Of a DNA stretch of 64,000 bases, positions 25,860-37,697 are shown piece by piece. Within the stretch, counting starts at the first letter, position 1. Each line of letters begins with the position of its first letter. This DNA is from Isurus oxyrinchus. Taxonomy: Eukaryota. Where the stretch lies: NCBI GenBank assembly GCA_026770705.1, contig JANJGN010000026.1, forward strand, positions 36,394,001 to 36,458,000, written 5' to 3'. Made by a program: the position numbers and the translations under genes. The notes beneath the pieces were generated by a model that was given only the letters and a program-made list of their open reading frames with translations, did not search any database and was not told the origin of the DNA.

Positions 25860-26295
25860 TATTGCACTCGACCGTGACCCTGCCCATGTTAATATTACAC
25901 TAGACCCCGTCAGTGTTTGCATTACACTAGACCCTGTCTCAGTTTATATCAAACTCATATGTTTCTGTTTATATTATACTTGACATATCTCTGTTTATAT
26001 TATACTCGATATGTCTCTGTTTATATTGCACTCGATGCTGTCTCTGTTTATAATACACTAGACGCTGCCTCTGTTTATATTACATTGGACCCTGCTTCTG
26101 TTTATATTACTCTAGATCCTGTTTTTGCTTCTATTAAACAAGGCCTTGTCTCTTTATATTACATTTGACATGTCTCTGTATATATTCATCTAGACCTGTC
26201 TCTGTATTGAAATATGCATTGTCTCAGTTCTGCGCTAGATCATGTTTGCAGTAATTCCATTAGAACCGGCCTCAGCTATTACTGCACTGCACAAG
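25860..26295 (-). repeat. 27-bp minisatellite, inverted relative to main array
   Basis: CTAGACCCTGTCTCTGTTTATATTACA monomers. Confidence 0.88.
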
Positions 26296-26399
26296 TCCAA
26301 TAATGTGGACATTGGTTGAGATGGAAATGGTGATGATCAGACATCAAGATGGTGGGAACGTTAATGATGCAAAAAAATCTTTCGAAAACAATTATCATG

Positions 26400-27205
26400 G
26401 GTGCCTATTTAGACGTCGTGACTTGCACTTTGTTGGAAGAATAGGGGCAAAGAGTATTTTCTAAATGGGAAGATAATTCAGAAACCTGGAGTGCAATGGG
26501 ACTTTGGAGTCCTAGTCCAGGATTCTCTTAAGGTTAACTTGCAGGTTGAGTTGGTAGTTAGGAAGGCAAATGCAATGTTGGAATTTATTTCGAGAGGACT
26601 AGAATATAAAAGCAGGGATGTGCTGCTGAGGCTTTATAAGCTCTGGTCAGACCACATTTAGATTATTGTGAGCAATTTTGGGCCCCGTATCTCAGGAAGG
26701 ATGTACTGGCCCTGGAGAGGGTCCAGAGGAGGTTCACGAGAATGATCCCAAGAATGAAAGGCTTAACATATGAGGAAGGTTTGAGGACTCCGGGTCTATA
26801 CTCGATGGAGTTTAGAAGGATGAGGGGGATCTGATTGAAACTTACAGAATATTGAAAGACCTGGATAGAGTGGACGTGGGGAAGATGTTTCCTTTCGTAG
26901 GTGAGACTAGGCACAGCCTCAGAGTAAAAGGAAGGCCTTTTAGAACAGAGTTGAGGAGAAACGTTTTTAGCCAGAGAATGATGAATCTATGGAACTCATT
27001 GCCACAGAAGGCTGTGGAGGCCAGGTGATTGAGTGTTTTTGAGGCCGAGGTAGATAGGTTTTTGATTGGTAAGGGGATCAAAGGTTACAGGGAGAAGGTG
27101 GGAGAATGGGGTTGAGAAACTTATCAGCCATGATTGAACGGTGGAGCAGATTCGATGGGCTGAATGGCCTAAGTTCTGCTCCTATGTCTTATGGTCTTAT
27201 GGTCT
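26400..27205 (+). mobile_element. CR1-type LINE 3' fragment
   Basis: Coding remnants (RPHLDYCEQFWAPYLRKD..LERVQRRFTR) and (CTTATGGT)n tail. Confidence 0.92.
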
Positions 27206-27614
27206 TGTTCTCCCGCATCCCAGATTTGTGTTCATAAGCCACAGATCTCTCCTTTCTTGCAGCTGTTTAAATTAAAGCATTTAACGCCTATTTCCAAGGT
27301 CTACAGCAATAAAGCAAGGGAATGCACTAATATAACATAAACAAAGGACAATAACATAAATAACAGACAGGGTCTAGTGTTACAGAAACATGGACCAAAG
27401 CAGGAATAATGAGACAGGCACAGTGTAATATGATCAGAGACATGGTGGGGTGCAGCAATATTGACTCCAGATGACCTGAAGCTGCACAGCACCAGATAAG
27501 ATAGGAGTGGAGATATCTCCTGGTCATTAACACCTATTGCCCTCCTTCAGCTGATAATTGCATTCAATCACAACCTGTAATCTCATGGACTAGAATATAT
27601 CCCTCACTGACTCC

Positions 27615-28025
27615 TTGGTGTGCACATCCACGGAGCCTGAAAGTAGCAGAACAAGTAGATGACGTGGTTAAGAAGGCATATTGGACACATAGAATGCAGG
27701 AGCAAGGAGGTTATGCTGGAACTGTATAAAACGTTGGTTAGGCCAAAACTGGAGCACTGCATGCAGTTCTGGTCACCACATTATAAGAAGGATGTGAATA
27801 CACTGAAGAGAGTGCAAAGGAGATATACCAGAATGCTGCCGGGCTGGAGGGCCTGAGCCATGATGAAAGATTGGATAGGCTGGGGCTGTTTTCCTTGGAG
27901 CAATGAAGGCTGAGAGGGGACGTGATAGAGGCGTAAAAGATTATGAGGGGCATAGATAGAGTGGATAGGAAGGCACTTTTTGACCGGCGCGGAAACGGTG
28001 GGCCGAATGGCCTCCTTCTATGTTG
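27615..28025 (+). mobile_element. CR1-type LINE fragment
   Basis: LYKTLVRPKLEHCMQFWSPHYKKDV. Confidence 0.88.
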
Positions 28026-28429
28026 TAAACGTCCATGAGTCTAACATTCAGCCCTGGGACAATGAGGAATGTAGAACCGCAGGTCAAAAACAACGCCTTC
28101 CATACCTGTGACCTCCACCTCCCAGAATAACAAGGGCAATAAGCACACGGGAACACAATGCCCTGCATCCTCCTACACATACATCTCTATAGGGGAGAAA
28201 TTGGCCTTGGGCGCTTGCAAAGAAGAAGCGATATCTGAAATCTCATTCTGCTGACTGCGCTGAAGGTGAATATCAAGTGCTGCGTAGCACGTACGGCCGT
28301 TACTATACCACCCGTTTCAGGCTACTGCCAGATGCCAATGTCCAGGCCAAGATCTTTATTTTTAATATTATCTCTCCTTCTCATAGACACATGGGGTAAT
28401 GCAGCTATAATTTAAACGCAGGCATAGAT

Positions 28430-28561
28430 TAAAGCAAAGCACTGCTGATGCTGGAAATCTCAATTAAAAACAAAAAATGCTGGAAAAACGCAGCAGGTCT
28501 GACAGCATCTGTGGGGAGAAAAACAGAGCTAATGTTTCGAGTCCGAATGACTCTTCTTCAG
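28430..28561 (-). mobile_element. Penelope 3'-tail fragment with canonical hammerhead core
   Basis: Minus strand CTGAAGA-A-GAGTC-ATTCG-GACTC-GAAA followed by the Penelope terminal sequence. Confidence 0.75.
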
Positions 28562-28839
28562 TGGCATTGTAGTTACAATGACCAGGTCTGGTATAATATA
28601 GACATAGTCAAAATCGAATATAATATAAACAGAGACAGGGTCTATTTTAATATAAACAGTGACAGGGCCTAATGTAACATAAATGGAGACAGGGTCCAGT
28701 GCAATGCAAACTGAGATGGCTTCCATTGGAACATTAAGGAGATAGGGTCTATTTTAATACAAACAGAGGCCTGATCCAGCATAATAGAAATAAAGCAGTT
28801 CCCAGGACATTAATAATCGAACCAGGATCCTGTATAACA

Positions 28840-29740
28840 TGGGAGGGACGATCGTGCAGTGGGAACGTCACTTGGTTAGTAAGCAGAGATCCAGGCCTTT
28901 TCCCTGGGAATAGAGATTTGAATCCCATTATGGCAGCATGAAGAATCGAAATTCAATTAATAAATCTGGAATTGAAAGCTCATCTCAATAATGGTGACCA
29001 TGAAACTATAATCGATTATCATAAGCATCCGGTCTGTCAGCATCGGCGGAGAAGAAAAGAGTTGACGTTTCGAGTCCTCATGACCCTTCAGCAGAACTGG
29101 GTAAATCCAAGGAGAAAGATGCAAAACTTTAGATCTTGACCTCCCTCCTCCATTCCCACCCTCTTTCTGTTTCTTCCCCCTTCCTTTTGTTTTTTTCCAA
29201 TAATTTATATAGATTTTTCTTTTCCCACCTATTTCCATTATTTTTCCATCTTTTATGCCCCCCACCCCCACTAGAGCTGTACCTTGAGTGCCCTACCATC
29301 CATTCTTAATTAGCACATTCGTTTAGATAATATCACCAACTTTAACACCTATGTGTTCTATTGTTCTTTTGTCTGTGACATCTTTTGATTATCTGCTCCT
29401 TTCACTGCTTGCTTGTCCCTACAACCGCACCACCTCCCTCCACTTCTCTCCCCCCACCCCCACCCGCCCCCCACCCCTCCCCACCCCACCTTAAACCAGC
29501 TTATATTTCACCCCTCTCCTTGGATTCACCCAGTTCTGCTGAAGGGTCATGAGGACTCGAAACATCAACTCTTTTCATCTCCGCCGATGCTGCCAGACCT
29601 GCTGAGTTTTTCCAGATAATTCTGTTTTTGTTTTGGATTTCCATCATCCGCAGTTTTTTGTTTTTATCATAAACATCCATCTGGTTCACCGATGCCCTTT
29701 AGAGAAGGAAATCTGCTGTCCTTACCAAGTCTGGCCTACA
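28840..29740 (+). mobile_element. tRNA-derived SINE split by a Penelope-derived insertion
   Basis: Halves 28840-29030 and 29679-29740 rejoin colinearly with the intact copy at 33655-34025. Confidence 0.85.
29031..29663 (+). mobile_element. Short non-autonomous Penelope 3' copy with inverted 5' segment and 15-bp TSD
   Basis: TTATCATAAGCATCC 29016-29030 / TTATCATAAACATCC 29664-29678; ~29031-29112 is inverted relative to ~29518-29600. Confidence 0.9.
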
Positions 29741-29744
29741 TTTA

Positions 29745-30040
29745 TTTTCTTCATTCATGGAAATGTGAGTGGCACTGGCTTGGCCAGCATTTATTGCCCA
29801 TCCCTAATTGCCCTTGAGAACAGTGTGGCTTATTAGGCTATTTATTGCTGTGGGTCTGCAGTCACATGCAGTCCAGACCAGGTGGCATTAGTGTGAACCA
29901 CATGGTTTTTACGACAATGGTTTCATGGTCATCATTAGATTTTTGAATTCAAATTTCATCATCTGCCGTGGGGGGATTCAAACACAGATCCCAAGCGAAT
30001 TACGAGCCAGGTGAGAATACCATTACACCACCGCCTCTCA
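29745..30040 (-). mobile_element. tRNA-derived SINE, same family, nested in opposite orientation
   Basis: Reverse-complement similarity to 33655-34025. Confidence 0.8.
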
Positions 30041-30839
30041 TACATATAGCTCCAGACCCACAATTTTGTGCAGCCCCATTCTCTGGCTATTTGATTAATT
30101 GCCCACCACCATTAATGACTGGATGTGACAGGACTTCAGAGGTAAAATCCAATCCGTTTGATGTGGGATCTTCCAGACAATGTGACTATGTGATATAAAT
30201 ATTGGTATTGACTGGTGCAGTATTAATTAAAACAGGGTACAGTGACATATAAACAGAAACAGTGTTTGGTCTAACATAATAATAGATGAAGTCCAACTTA
30301 AAAAGTCAGAGACAGGGACAAGTGCAGCGTTAATTTAGACAATGCGTGCTTCGTAGAATGGATCCTTCAAGATTTCAAATCCATCTGCTGGCCAAACTTC
30401 GCAATTGCAGCTCCTGTGAAAATGTCGCTGTTCGGTTCGATCTTTGACATTATTGTGTCAAGAGTCCACTTCCTCAGATGTGATAACACATCACCTTCTG
30501 CGGGAGGTGTCAAAATTTAACACAATTCAACTAATTGCAGATGAACGTGGTTGATTAGCGCACGTTAAAGTCAGCACCAGAGTAAAGCGGCCCAATTCCT
30601 GGTAATGTAACTTTGTTCATCTTGATTATAGGGAGGGATGTTGACCAGGGAGCTCTATTGAGATCATGGGAACTTTAATGTCCACCTCAACAAACATAGT
30701 GTTGGGGAGAGTTATTGGTTCATGATACCACCTGATAGTTAGGGTAATTTTCTTCAATAGCTAGTGCTCCGGAGCCTCCCAGGAAGTCAAGGTGCTATCT
30801 TAATTTGAAGCAGAAGATGCCATTTTGGTTTGTGTGTGA

Positions 30840-32175
30840 GGGAGAGAGGCGGAGACGCACATCAAATTGTTTGCAACTGAATTTCACGAAGATCGTGGAC
30901 AACCTTCCATCGATGAAAGGTCACAGACACACAATGGAAACAAACCCATTTCAGATGTGCTGATGGCTGAGGAGGCCAATTGTGAGGCAGGTTCTGCTGG
31001 AAGTGCTGCACATGAAGCTACAAATGTCGTTGTGGGGTTTTTTTTCCGGTGATGACCTCGATTGCCAAGCTGCTGTAGCCACTGGTCATTGTGCTGGTTC
31101 ACGCCAACTCACAGGAGGTGTCGCCATTTTCCTCATTCATCAGTTTGTTACACTCAGTTGTGATAATCGATATTTAGGGCCTTCACTTCAAGCATCCTTG
31201 AAGTGGAGCTTTGGGTGTCCCACTGGTTGTCTGCCTCCGGCTACCTCACCATACGGAAAGTCCTTGTGCATGTGACCATCTTCCATCCTATGTACGTTGC
31301 CAAGCCACCAGCACCATCTCTGTTGCATGAGCTCTACCATCTTAGGAGCTCCGCCTTTGAGAGTACTACTGCATTTGTGACTTTATCCTGCCAGTACATA
31401 ACCATAATGCGCATCAGGTAGTGAAAATGGAAATTGTAGAGCTTCTTTTCTTGATAACTGTGAGTGGTCCATGTTTCACAGCCATAAAGCAAGGTGCTGA
31501 GAGCACAGGCCTTATAAACCATCAGCTTGGCCCTAAGGGTCAGTTTGATGTTATTCCAGGGGCATTTCAGAGTCAGCCATGAATAGCAGCTGCTTTCCCC
31601 ATGCGGGTATCAAGTTCTGCAGCAAGAAACAGGCTTCCTGTCACCGTGGAACCCAGTGAGCAGAATTTACTTCCATCTGAGTGGTAATTAGTGTGATCAA
31701 TGGCGTAAATGCAAAACCTTGTCCCATGACCAGGGTTTCCTTCATGCTTATAGTCAGGGAGAACAAGTTACAGACATGGGAGAGTCAGTTCATCAGACTT
31801 TGTGGAGTTTCCTTTTTGATGACCAAGTTATCAGCTTCGAGCAATTCTTTGATCAGGATTCAATGTGTTTTTGTCTTTGCTTTCAGTCTTCTAGATTGTG
31901 GGGCTTGCAGTCTGACTGGGTGTGTGAGTAGACTCCTTGTATATCTACAAGGAAGGCAAAGATCAGCAGCGTGGAGAAGAAGATGCTAAACAGAATGGGG
32001 GCTAGGACACAGGCCTGTTTCATTCCATTCTTCACTCCGAATCTGTCAGAAGTGGAATCCTTAATCTGCACAGTGCAATGCATGTTGTCATGGAAGGAGT
32101 GAATGAGACTGAGGAGCTTTGGATGGCAGCCAATTTTCCACAAAATCTTGTAGGGTCCTGTTCTGCTGGTGGTGT
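30840..32175 (-). mobile_element. RTE-clade LINE fragment, decayed
   Basis: KIGCHPKLLSLIHSFHDNM..GMKQACVLAPILF and VYKACALSTLLYGCETWT. Confidence 0.88.
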
Positions 32176-32444
32176 CGAGCGTATGGAGCAGATCATTTCC
32201 AGGGTATACCTTCCGACACAAACACTACACTGTGCTTCGGCCTACACGTAGATGAAGTCTTTAAAGTCTGATCCGAGCAAAGGCCTTCCCCGTGACTCAA
32301 TGAGTGAGATATTCCTGTAGTTGTTGCAGTCTCACCTGTTGGTTTTGTTTTCAGATAGTGCAATGATTATGATGTTCTTCATCTCCTTCAGAACGGATCT
32401 TAACTTTCAGCAGAGGAGGAGAAGGTCGTAAAGGCTGAGAAACA

Positions 32445-32790
32445 TACATAATTATATATACCAATTATTATCAATTCACGAAGGTAAATAATTATATTGA
32501 CGAATTACCATCAATTCACAAAGATAAATAATTATATTCACCAATTGGCATCAATTCACAAAGATAAATAATTATATTCACCAATTATTATCCATGCACA
32601 AAAATAAATAATTATATTCAACAACTATCATCAATTCACAAAGATAAATAGTTACATTCACCAATTATCATCAACTCACAAAGATAAATAGTTACATTCA
32701 CCAATTATCATCAACTCACAAAGATAAATAATTATATTCATCAATTATCATCCATTCACAAAAATAAATAATTGCATTAACCAATTATTT
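32445..32790. repeat. AT-rich 40-bp tandem repeat, ~8.5 copies
   Basis: TAAATAATTATATTCACCAATTATCATCAATTCACAAAGA at 40-bp period. Confidence 0.95.
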
Positions 32791-33654
32791 TCAGTATTTT
32801 ATTTCATATAAAATGTAATTGCAGTTCATGTAATATCATTGACATTGATTGAGATCACATTGACCATTCTGTCAGCATGGAATCACATCTCTCCCAGAAT
32901 TCAGTGAGAAATGAAATTAAATCAGACTGAGGATAATGAGCAGCTACTCAGCAGCCTCTGTGCTTTATTGACAAGTAATCACCTCATCATCACACAGAAA
33001 CTCCTGATATATAACTGGAGTGTGTGAGCATTTGGAAAGTGATGGTATGAAAAAGGCTACCTGGTCCTGACGTTAGTTGATAAATATTTAAATCCAGATT
33101 TGTCATTTCCCTCGTCTGGAAGGTAAGGAAACATTTGCGGCACTCCATTGCGTTTCACACTATTTCTCTTTCCACAGTAATAGTGTTTAGTTTGTTACAT
33201 TCATTAATTTGGGTGAGGATATGTTGAATGTTTTGTTGTACATGAAAGGACCACATGTTGCAAATATTACAATCCTCCACCCTAATCCATATCATGTACC
33301 CACTTTCTGTGTTAAAGATGATGATTGCCCATCAGCAGGGAAGAATCACCAGTGCCACAGGGACGTCTCCAGCCTTCTCTTGGTGACGTTCAGCTCGTTA
33401 GTTCCCGATAGGCAGGGGATGGAATTCATCCAGAAAATCTGAAAGGACTGAAGATATTAGACTGACACAAATTAAATACAAGACCAGCTTCAAGATATGA
33501 AGTGGTCAAGCACAAAGATGAGAAAGTAGGACAACATCTTTCAGGTGCATCTATGGATACATCGATCAATTCACTCACTGATTCCTTCATGAAAATATTC
33601 AGGCATCCAACCACCATTCATTCCTGCACACTGCAGTCATCCCTCTATTTTTGG

Positions 33655-34025
33655 TAGACGGTTGTGTTGCATTAACGTCACTGGACTCGTAACCCAGACC
33701 CAAGCTATTCACGAATTCAAATCCCATTATGGCAGCTGGTGGAATTTAAATTCAGTTAGAAATCTGGGATTGAAAACTGGTCCCAGAGAAGGGCACCATG
33801 AAACTATCATCGATTGTGGAAAAAAGTCATCTGATTCACTAATGTCCTTTAGGAAAGGAAATCTGCCACTGTACCTAATCTGGCCTAAATGCGAGTCCAG
33901 ATCCACAGCAATTTGGTGGACTCTAGCTGCCCTCTGAAATGGTTTCGCAAGACACTAAGCTCAAGAGCAATTAGGGAAAGGCAACAAATGCTGGCCTTGC
34001 CAGTGACTCTCCCATCCCGTGAAAG
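33655..34025 (+). mobile_element. tRNA-derived SINE, near full length
   Basis: Degenerate A/B boxes (TTCAAATCCC), conserved body, LINE-derived 3' end GCAATTAGGGA..GGCAACAAATGCTGGCCTTGCCAG. Confidence 0.85.
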
Positions 34026-35779
34026 GGTAAAAGGGCAAAAAAAATCACACAAACACACCTAATTTTCTATTTCCAAATGTTTCATCTCTCTGAGTCCTAT
34101 CTGATAGTCCGCCTGTAATTCTTTCTATCTATCCATCCATCCATCACAATATTATGATGTGTTGGAGAGGTCCTCCAATAAGCTTTTAATGCTAACAGGG
34201 TGTCAGAGAAGCTGGATAAGTTTTCTTTCCTAGGAGATGGAATAGTTCACATAGGTTCACAACTTAAAAAAATAAAACTGACTTCAGTGCTGTTGCTGGG
34301 TAGATTTGTTATAAATAGGCCTTATTGACAATGTTAAGTGCTTGCAGTTGGCTTGCAACCAAGCGGTCAGTACTGAGGAAACAGATCTTTCATTGACTGC
34401 ACAAACCCCCCAGATGCTTCCTGTAAATAACATTGGACATTCGAGCCTCCCTGACTGCAGCCGACTGGCTTGCTGCCAAATACTCTGTGGGGCAGATTAG
34501 CCTGGATATGAATCAACAAAATGGGATTTAGCAATTCAAATAATATTGCTTTCAGTCACACACGGAATACACATTTTAACTGGCATTTCATCCAAGGAAA
34601 TATTTTAATGAATGCCGTGTTCACTGAGATGAAACGCAATCAAAAAATATTAAATTGACCATATACTAATTAATTTATATTATTTCGAAGTAAAGGGCAT
34701 TCCAGTTATTAAAGCATGTTCATTAAGAACTTCGTGAAGTGCGAGAGGGCGATGTTGATGGTCACAATGTCCCAGTCCAATGAGACAAGAGCAATAGCAA
34801 AAATTAAAAAGAAAGTAAATTAAAAGAAAATTGCTGAATTGCCTTAAAGCCGCAGGAATTCCTTGAATATTCTCAGAGTTGTGCGCCTCATTTTATCTGA
34901 GGCGCCTCTTATTCCTGATTAGCACCGTGTACTGTACAGTTTAATTTGTGCTGATTTCTATTATTTAACAGTGCCTCTCATAGCTGCCAATGAATGGAGA
35001 AATGACCAGTTCATGACCCGCTTCAGTGGAAGATAAAACATTTATTCTTGTGATATTGTGTAATATGCCGCAAAGTCCTAATATCCTGTGTTCCCCATAC
35101 CAGTGAATGATAGACAGCCGGTGGCCAATAGAATTACCTATAATGATTTGGATGCTGATCAGATTTGCTGATCTCCGTGTCCATTCTATTCATTAGCTTC
35201 TCTGTCAAAAGTTGATGTAAATTTTATGTTTCTCTGTAAACGTACTGTTTAAATATCAGGGTGGCGGTCTTCTTTTTCCGCTAATTTTCACAGGGCTATC
35301 TTAGGTCAGGGGTTATTCGAGGAATGTAAGGAAAGACATTGCGTAATATGAGCAGATTCGTCTTATCTCTGGACCCAAACTGTATGGCGATAGCCACCCA
35401 TTTTGAAAATAATATCACTTTGTTCATCCCCCGCATTTAGCTACATAAATCAATAATAATTCCTCTGACTAATGATACTTTATTACTGTAATGAGACAGA
35501 GACCCGGAGTTGCTGCAAAACAGACTGACAGCCCTGATAATATAACTTATTTTTTTAGATTCAACCCGCTGTGAAGTAGTGTAGAAATAAATGGGCTTAT
35601 TTTACATTTGAATTAGTCATTTTTATGAACTGATTCTAAGCTACAATTCCACCATTAGAGCCAATGGAGACATTACAATAAATCCATTCAGTCAAATATC
35701 CCGATACAGATAAAATGTCCACTTTTAACAATAATCTATTGTAAATATCTGAGTCCATTCTGTTGGGGATGTGGAAGGT

Positions 35780-35865
35780 GGGGCGTGGATCCAGTCGCCG
35801 CCTCCACCAGGGAATCAACAGGCGGCGCCTGGAAACCCGCCCCCTTCTGCCGGGTATTTAAATCC
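35780..35865 (+). promoter_or_regulatory. VH promoter: GC boxes and TATA-like element
   Basis: GGGGCGTGG 35780-35788, CCCGCCCCC 35836-35844, TATTTAAAT 35855-35863, ~80-90 nt before the leader ATG; no perfect octamer seen. Confidence 0.75.
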
Positions 35866-35952
35866 GCTCACTGGGGCCAGAATTCAACAATCCGGGAGTT
35901 GGTTTGTTCACTGAGTTCTGGACAGAACCATTTTCACCAAATGACCAGAAGG

Positions 35953-35998
35953 ATGAGGTCGGCGATTTCTCTCAGTTTGTTGCTGACTTTCTTATCCG
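35953..35998 (+). CDS. IGHV: IgH leader exon (MRSAISLSLLLTFLS-G); in-frame upstream ATG at 35941
   Basis: Hydrophobic signal peptide, phase-1 donor G|GTGAGT. Confidence 0.96.
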
Positions 35999-36126
35999 GT
36001 GAGTAGTTTTTATTGTCCAAGTCTCTCACTGTTACTGTCTCAGTGTTAGTCTCTCTCTGGAATGTTACAGAGTCAAGAATTATTTCACCAGAATTAACCC
36101 TCGGGGTTTTTGATATATTTTTACAG

Positions 36127-36431
36127 GTGTCCAGTCGGAGATTGTGTTGACTCAGCCAGAGGCAGAGACCGGGCGTCCCGGAGGCACCCTGACACTGACC
36201 TGTAAAACCAGCGGCTTCGATCTTGGCAGCTACTACATGTACTGGGTCCGACAGGTTCCTGGACAGGGGCTGGAATGGCTCCTTGAGTACTATAGTTCAT
36301 CCAACAACAACTACGCCCCAGGAATTAAGAATCGATTTACTGCGTCCAAAGACACTTCAAGGAGCATCTTCTCCTTGGACATGACGAGCCTGAAGACTGA
36401 AGACACCGCCATCTATTACTGTGCAAGAAAC
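36127..36431 (+). CDS. IGHV: IgM heavy-chain V exon (germline, unrearranged)
   Basis: TTACAG acceptor; [39 protein letters not shown], no stops. Confidence 0.98.
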
Positions 36432-36470
36432 CACAGCGAGAGGAACCAGGGCTGGACCCGAACAAAAACA
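36432..36470 (+). other. VH 23-RSS
   Basis: CACAGCG + 23 nt + ACAAAAACA. Confidence 0.97.
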
Positions 36471-36838
36471 GATCGAGAGGGATTCAACAACTTCCATCGT
36501 AACCTGACGGTCAGTACTTGTTTTAAATGTAATATTAACTGTAATGATCAGAACCAGACAACAAGCCGCTTCTGACAAAAATAAAACAGCAAATTTAACA
36601 GTAAAACATAACAAACCAATTGATATAATGGGCTGAGCTTTTGCTGTGTTTATATTTACTGTTAACAGTTTCCACAATTACAGTCCTGGATATAATGTTC
36701 ATTTTAATATGTCTGATACTTGGAGGAGGGTCTCTGTTCATTGAGTTTTGTAAATTGCTGCATGAATTCTAAAGAAGATCAGAAGTAAACGTCTATTTGA
36801 AGTGAATATTAAGAAGCAGCATTGAACAGAGTGGGTGC

Positions 36839-36918
36839 AGTTTTTGTGCGGGTGTATTTCACTGTGATACTACAGTGGGTCACAGTGCTGTGCATAGCGA
36901 CATCCTCATACAAAAACC
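36839..36918 (+). other. IGHD: D1 segment (core ATACTACAGTGGGT, 36867-36880) with 5' 12-RSS and 3' 22-RSS
   Basis: AGTTTTTGT-12-CACTGTG [D] CACAGTG-22-ACAAAAACC. Confidence 0.97.
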
Positions 36919-37211
36919 TCAGAGAAGGAGTTTGTTTAAATTCGTGATCTCTAACACAGCAGGAACGACAAAGAAAATGATAGTTAAATAACATAATGGG
37001 TCGAGGTTTGCAAAAAGGTATTCCACTTTGTTCGTAGTGACGGACATGCTAAATCTGCAGAGATTTTGAAAGTATTCCAATCACATTTATAAATATAATG
37101 ACCAGCACAGGCTGGAATATCTCACTGATTCATTCTTAAGCGAGTCGGAATCGGGTTTTTGAGAAGGCAGTGAACTTAAATCTCTATATTTTACAGTGAA
37201 CAGTCTGCCGC

Positions 37212-37280
37212 AGAATTTGACATGGTGTGTCTCACTGTGATATACTGGATGGCACAGCAGTTACTGTCAATACAAAAACA
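37212..37280 (+). other. IGHD: D2 segment (core ATATACTGGATGG, 37240-37252) with 12/12 RSS
   Basis: AGAATTTGA-12-CACTGTG [D] CACAGCA-12-ACAAAAACA. Confidence 0.95.
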
Positions 37281-37610
37281 CCTCAGCACTAATTGAGTCT
37301 GCCTGGATCAGTGCTCGCTTTTACAATCCAACTATATTTACAATGAAGTATTATTTTTGTTCAGCATTGACCAAAGCAACGTGATTTAAGATGGAAAAGT
37401 TGTGATAATTATCCATTCATCAGTTGGTGATTTCAATAACATCTTCATGTGCTACTCTGTGAATTATAAAAAATGAGGGTCATTGATGAATAGCGAAAGA
37501 TATCCACAAACGCAAATATAATTTTGTGAGGATTCATCGTGATCTTCCTTTGCATCTGACTTATGAATATTTAGAATAATGGTGGATTTCTGTATTTTTC
37601 GTGCAGGGAC

Positions 37611-37649
37611 GGTTATTGTATGTCACAGCCCAGGGAATGTAACACTGTG
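37611..37649 (-). other. JH 23-RSS
   Basis: GGTTATTGT + 23 nt + CACTGTG on the top strand. Confidence 0.96.
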
Positions 37650-37697
37650 ACGCTATGGACTACTGGGGACAAGGGACCATGGTGACGGTGACTGCAG
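37650..37697 (+). CDS. IGHJ: JH segment (AMDYWGQGTMVTVTA)
   Basis: WGxG motif, phase-1 donor G|GTAAGA. Confidence 0.98.

Noticed and set aside
36417-36423. Cryptic heptamer TACTGTG in VH FR3 (VH replacement)
   Set aside because: Imposed by YYCA codons, no nonamer at 12-nt spacing, no upstream V in the window
37154-37198. Orphan nonamer GGTTTTTGA and TACAGTG as a third D signal
   Set aside because: Spacing is 29 nt, neither 12 nor 23
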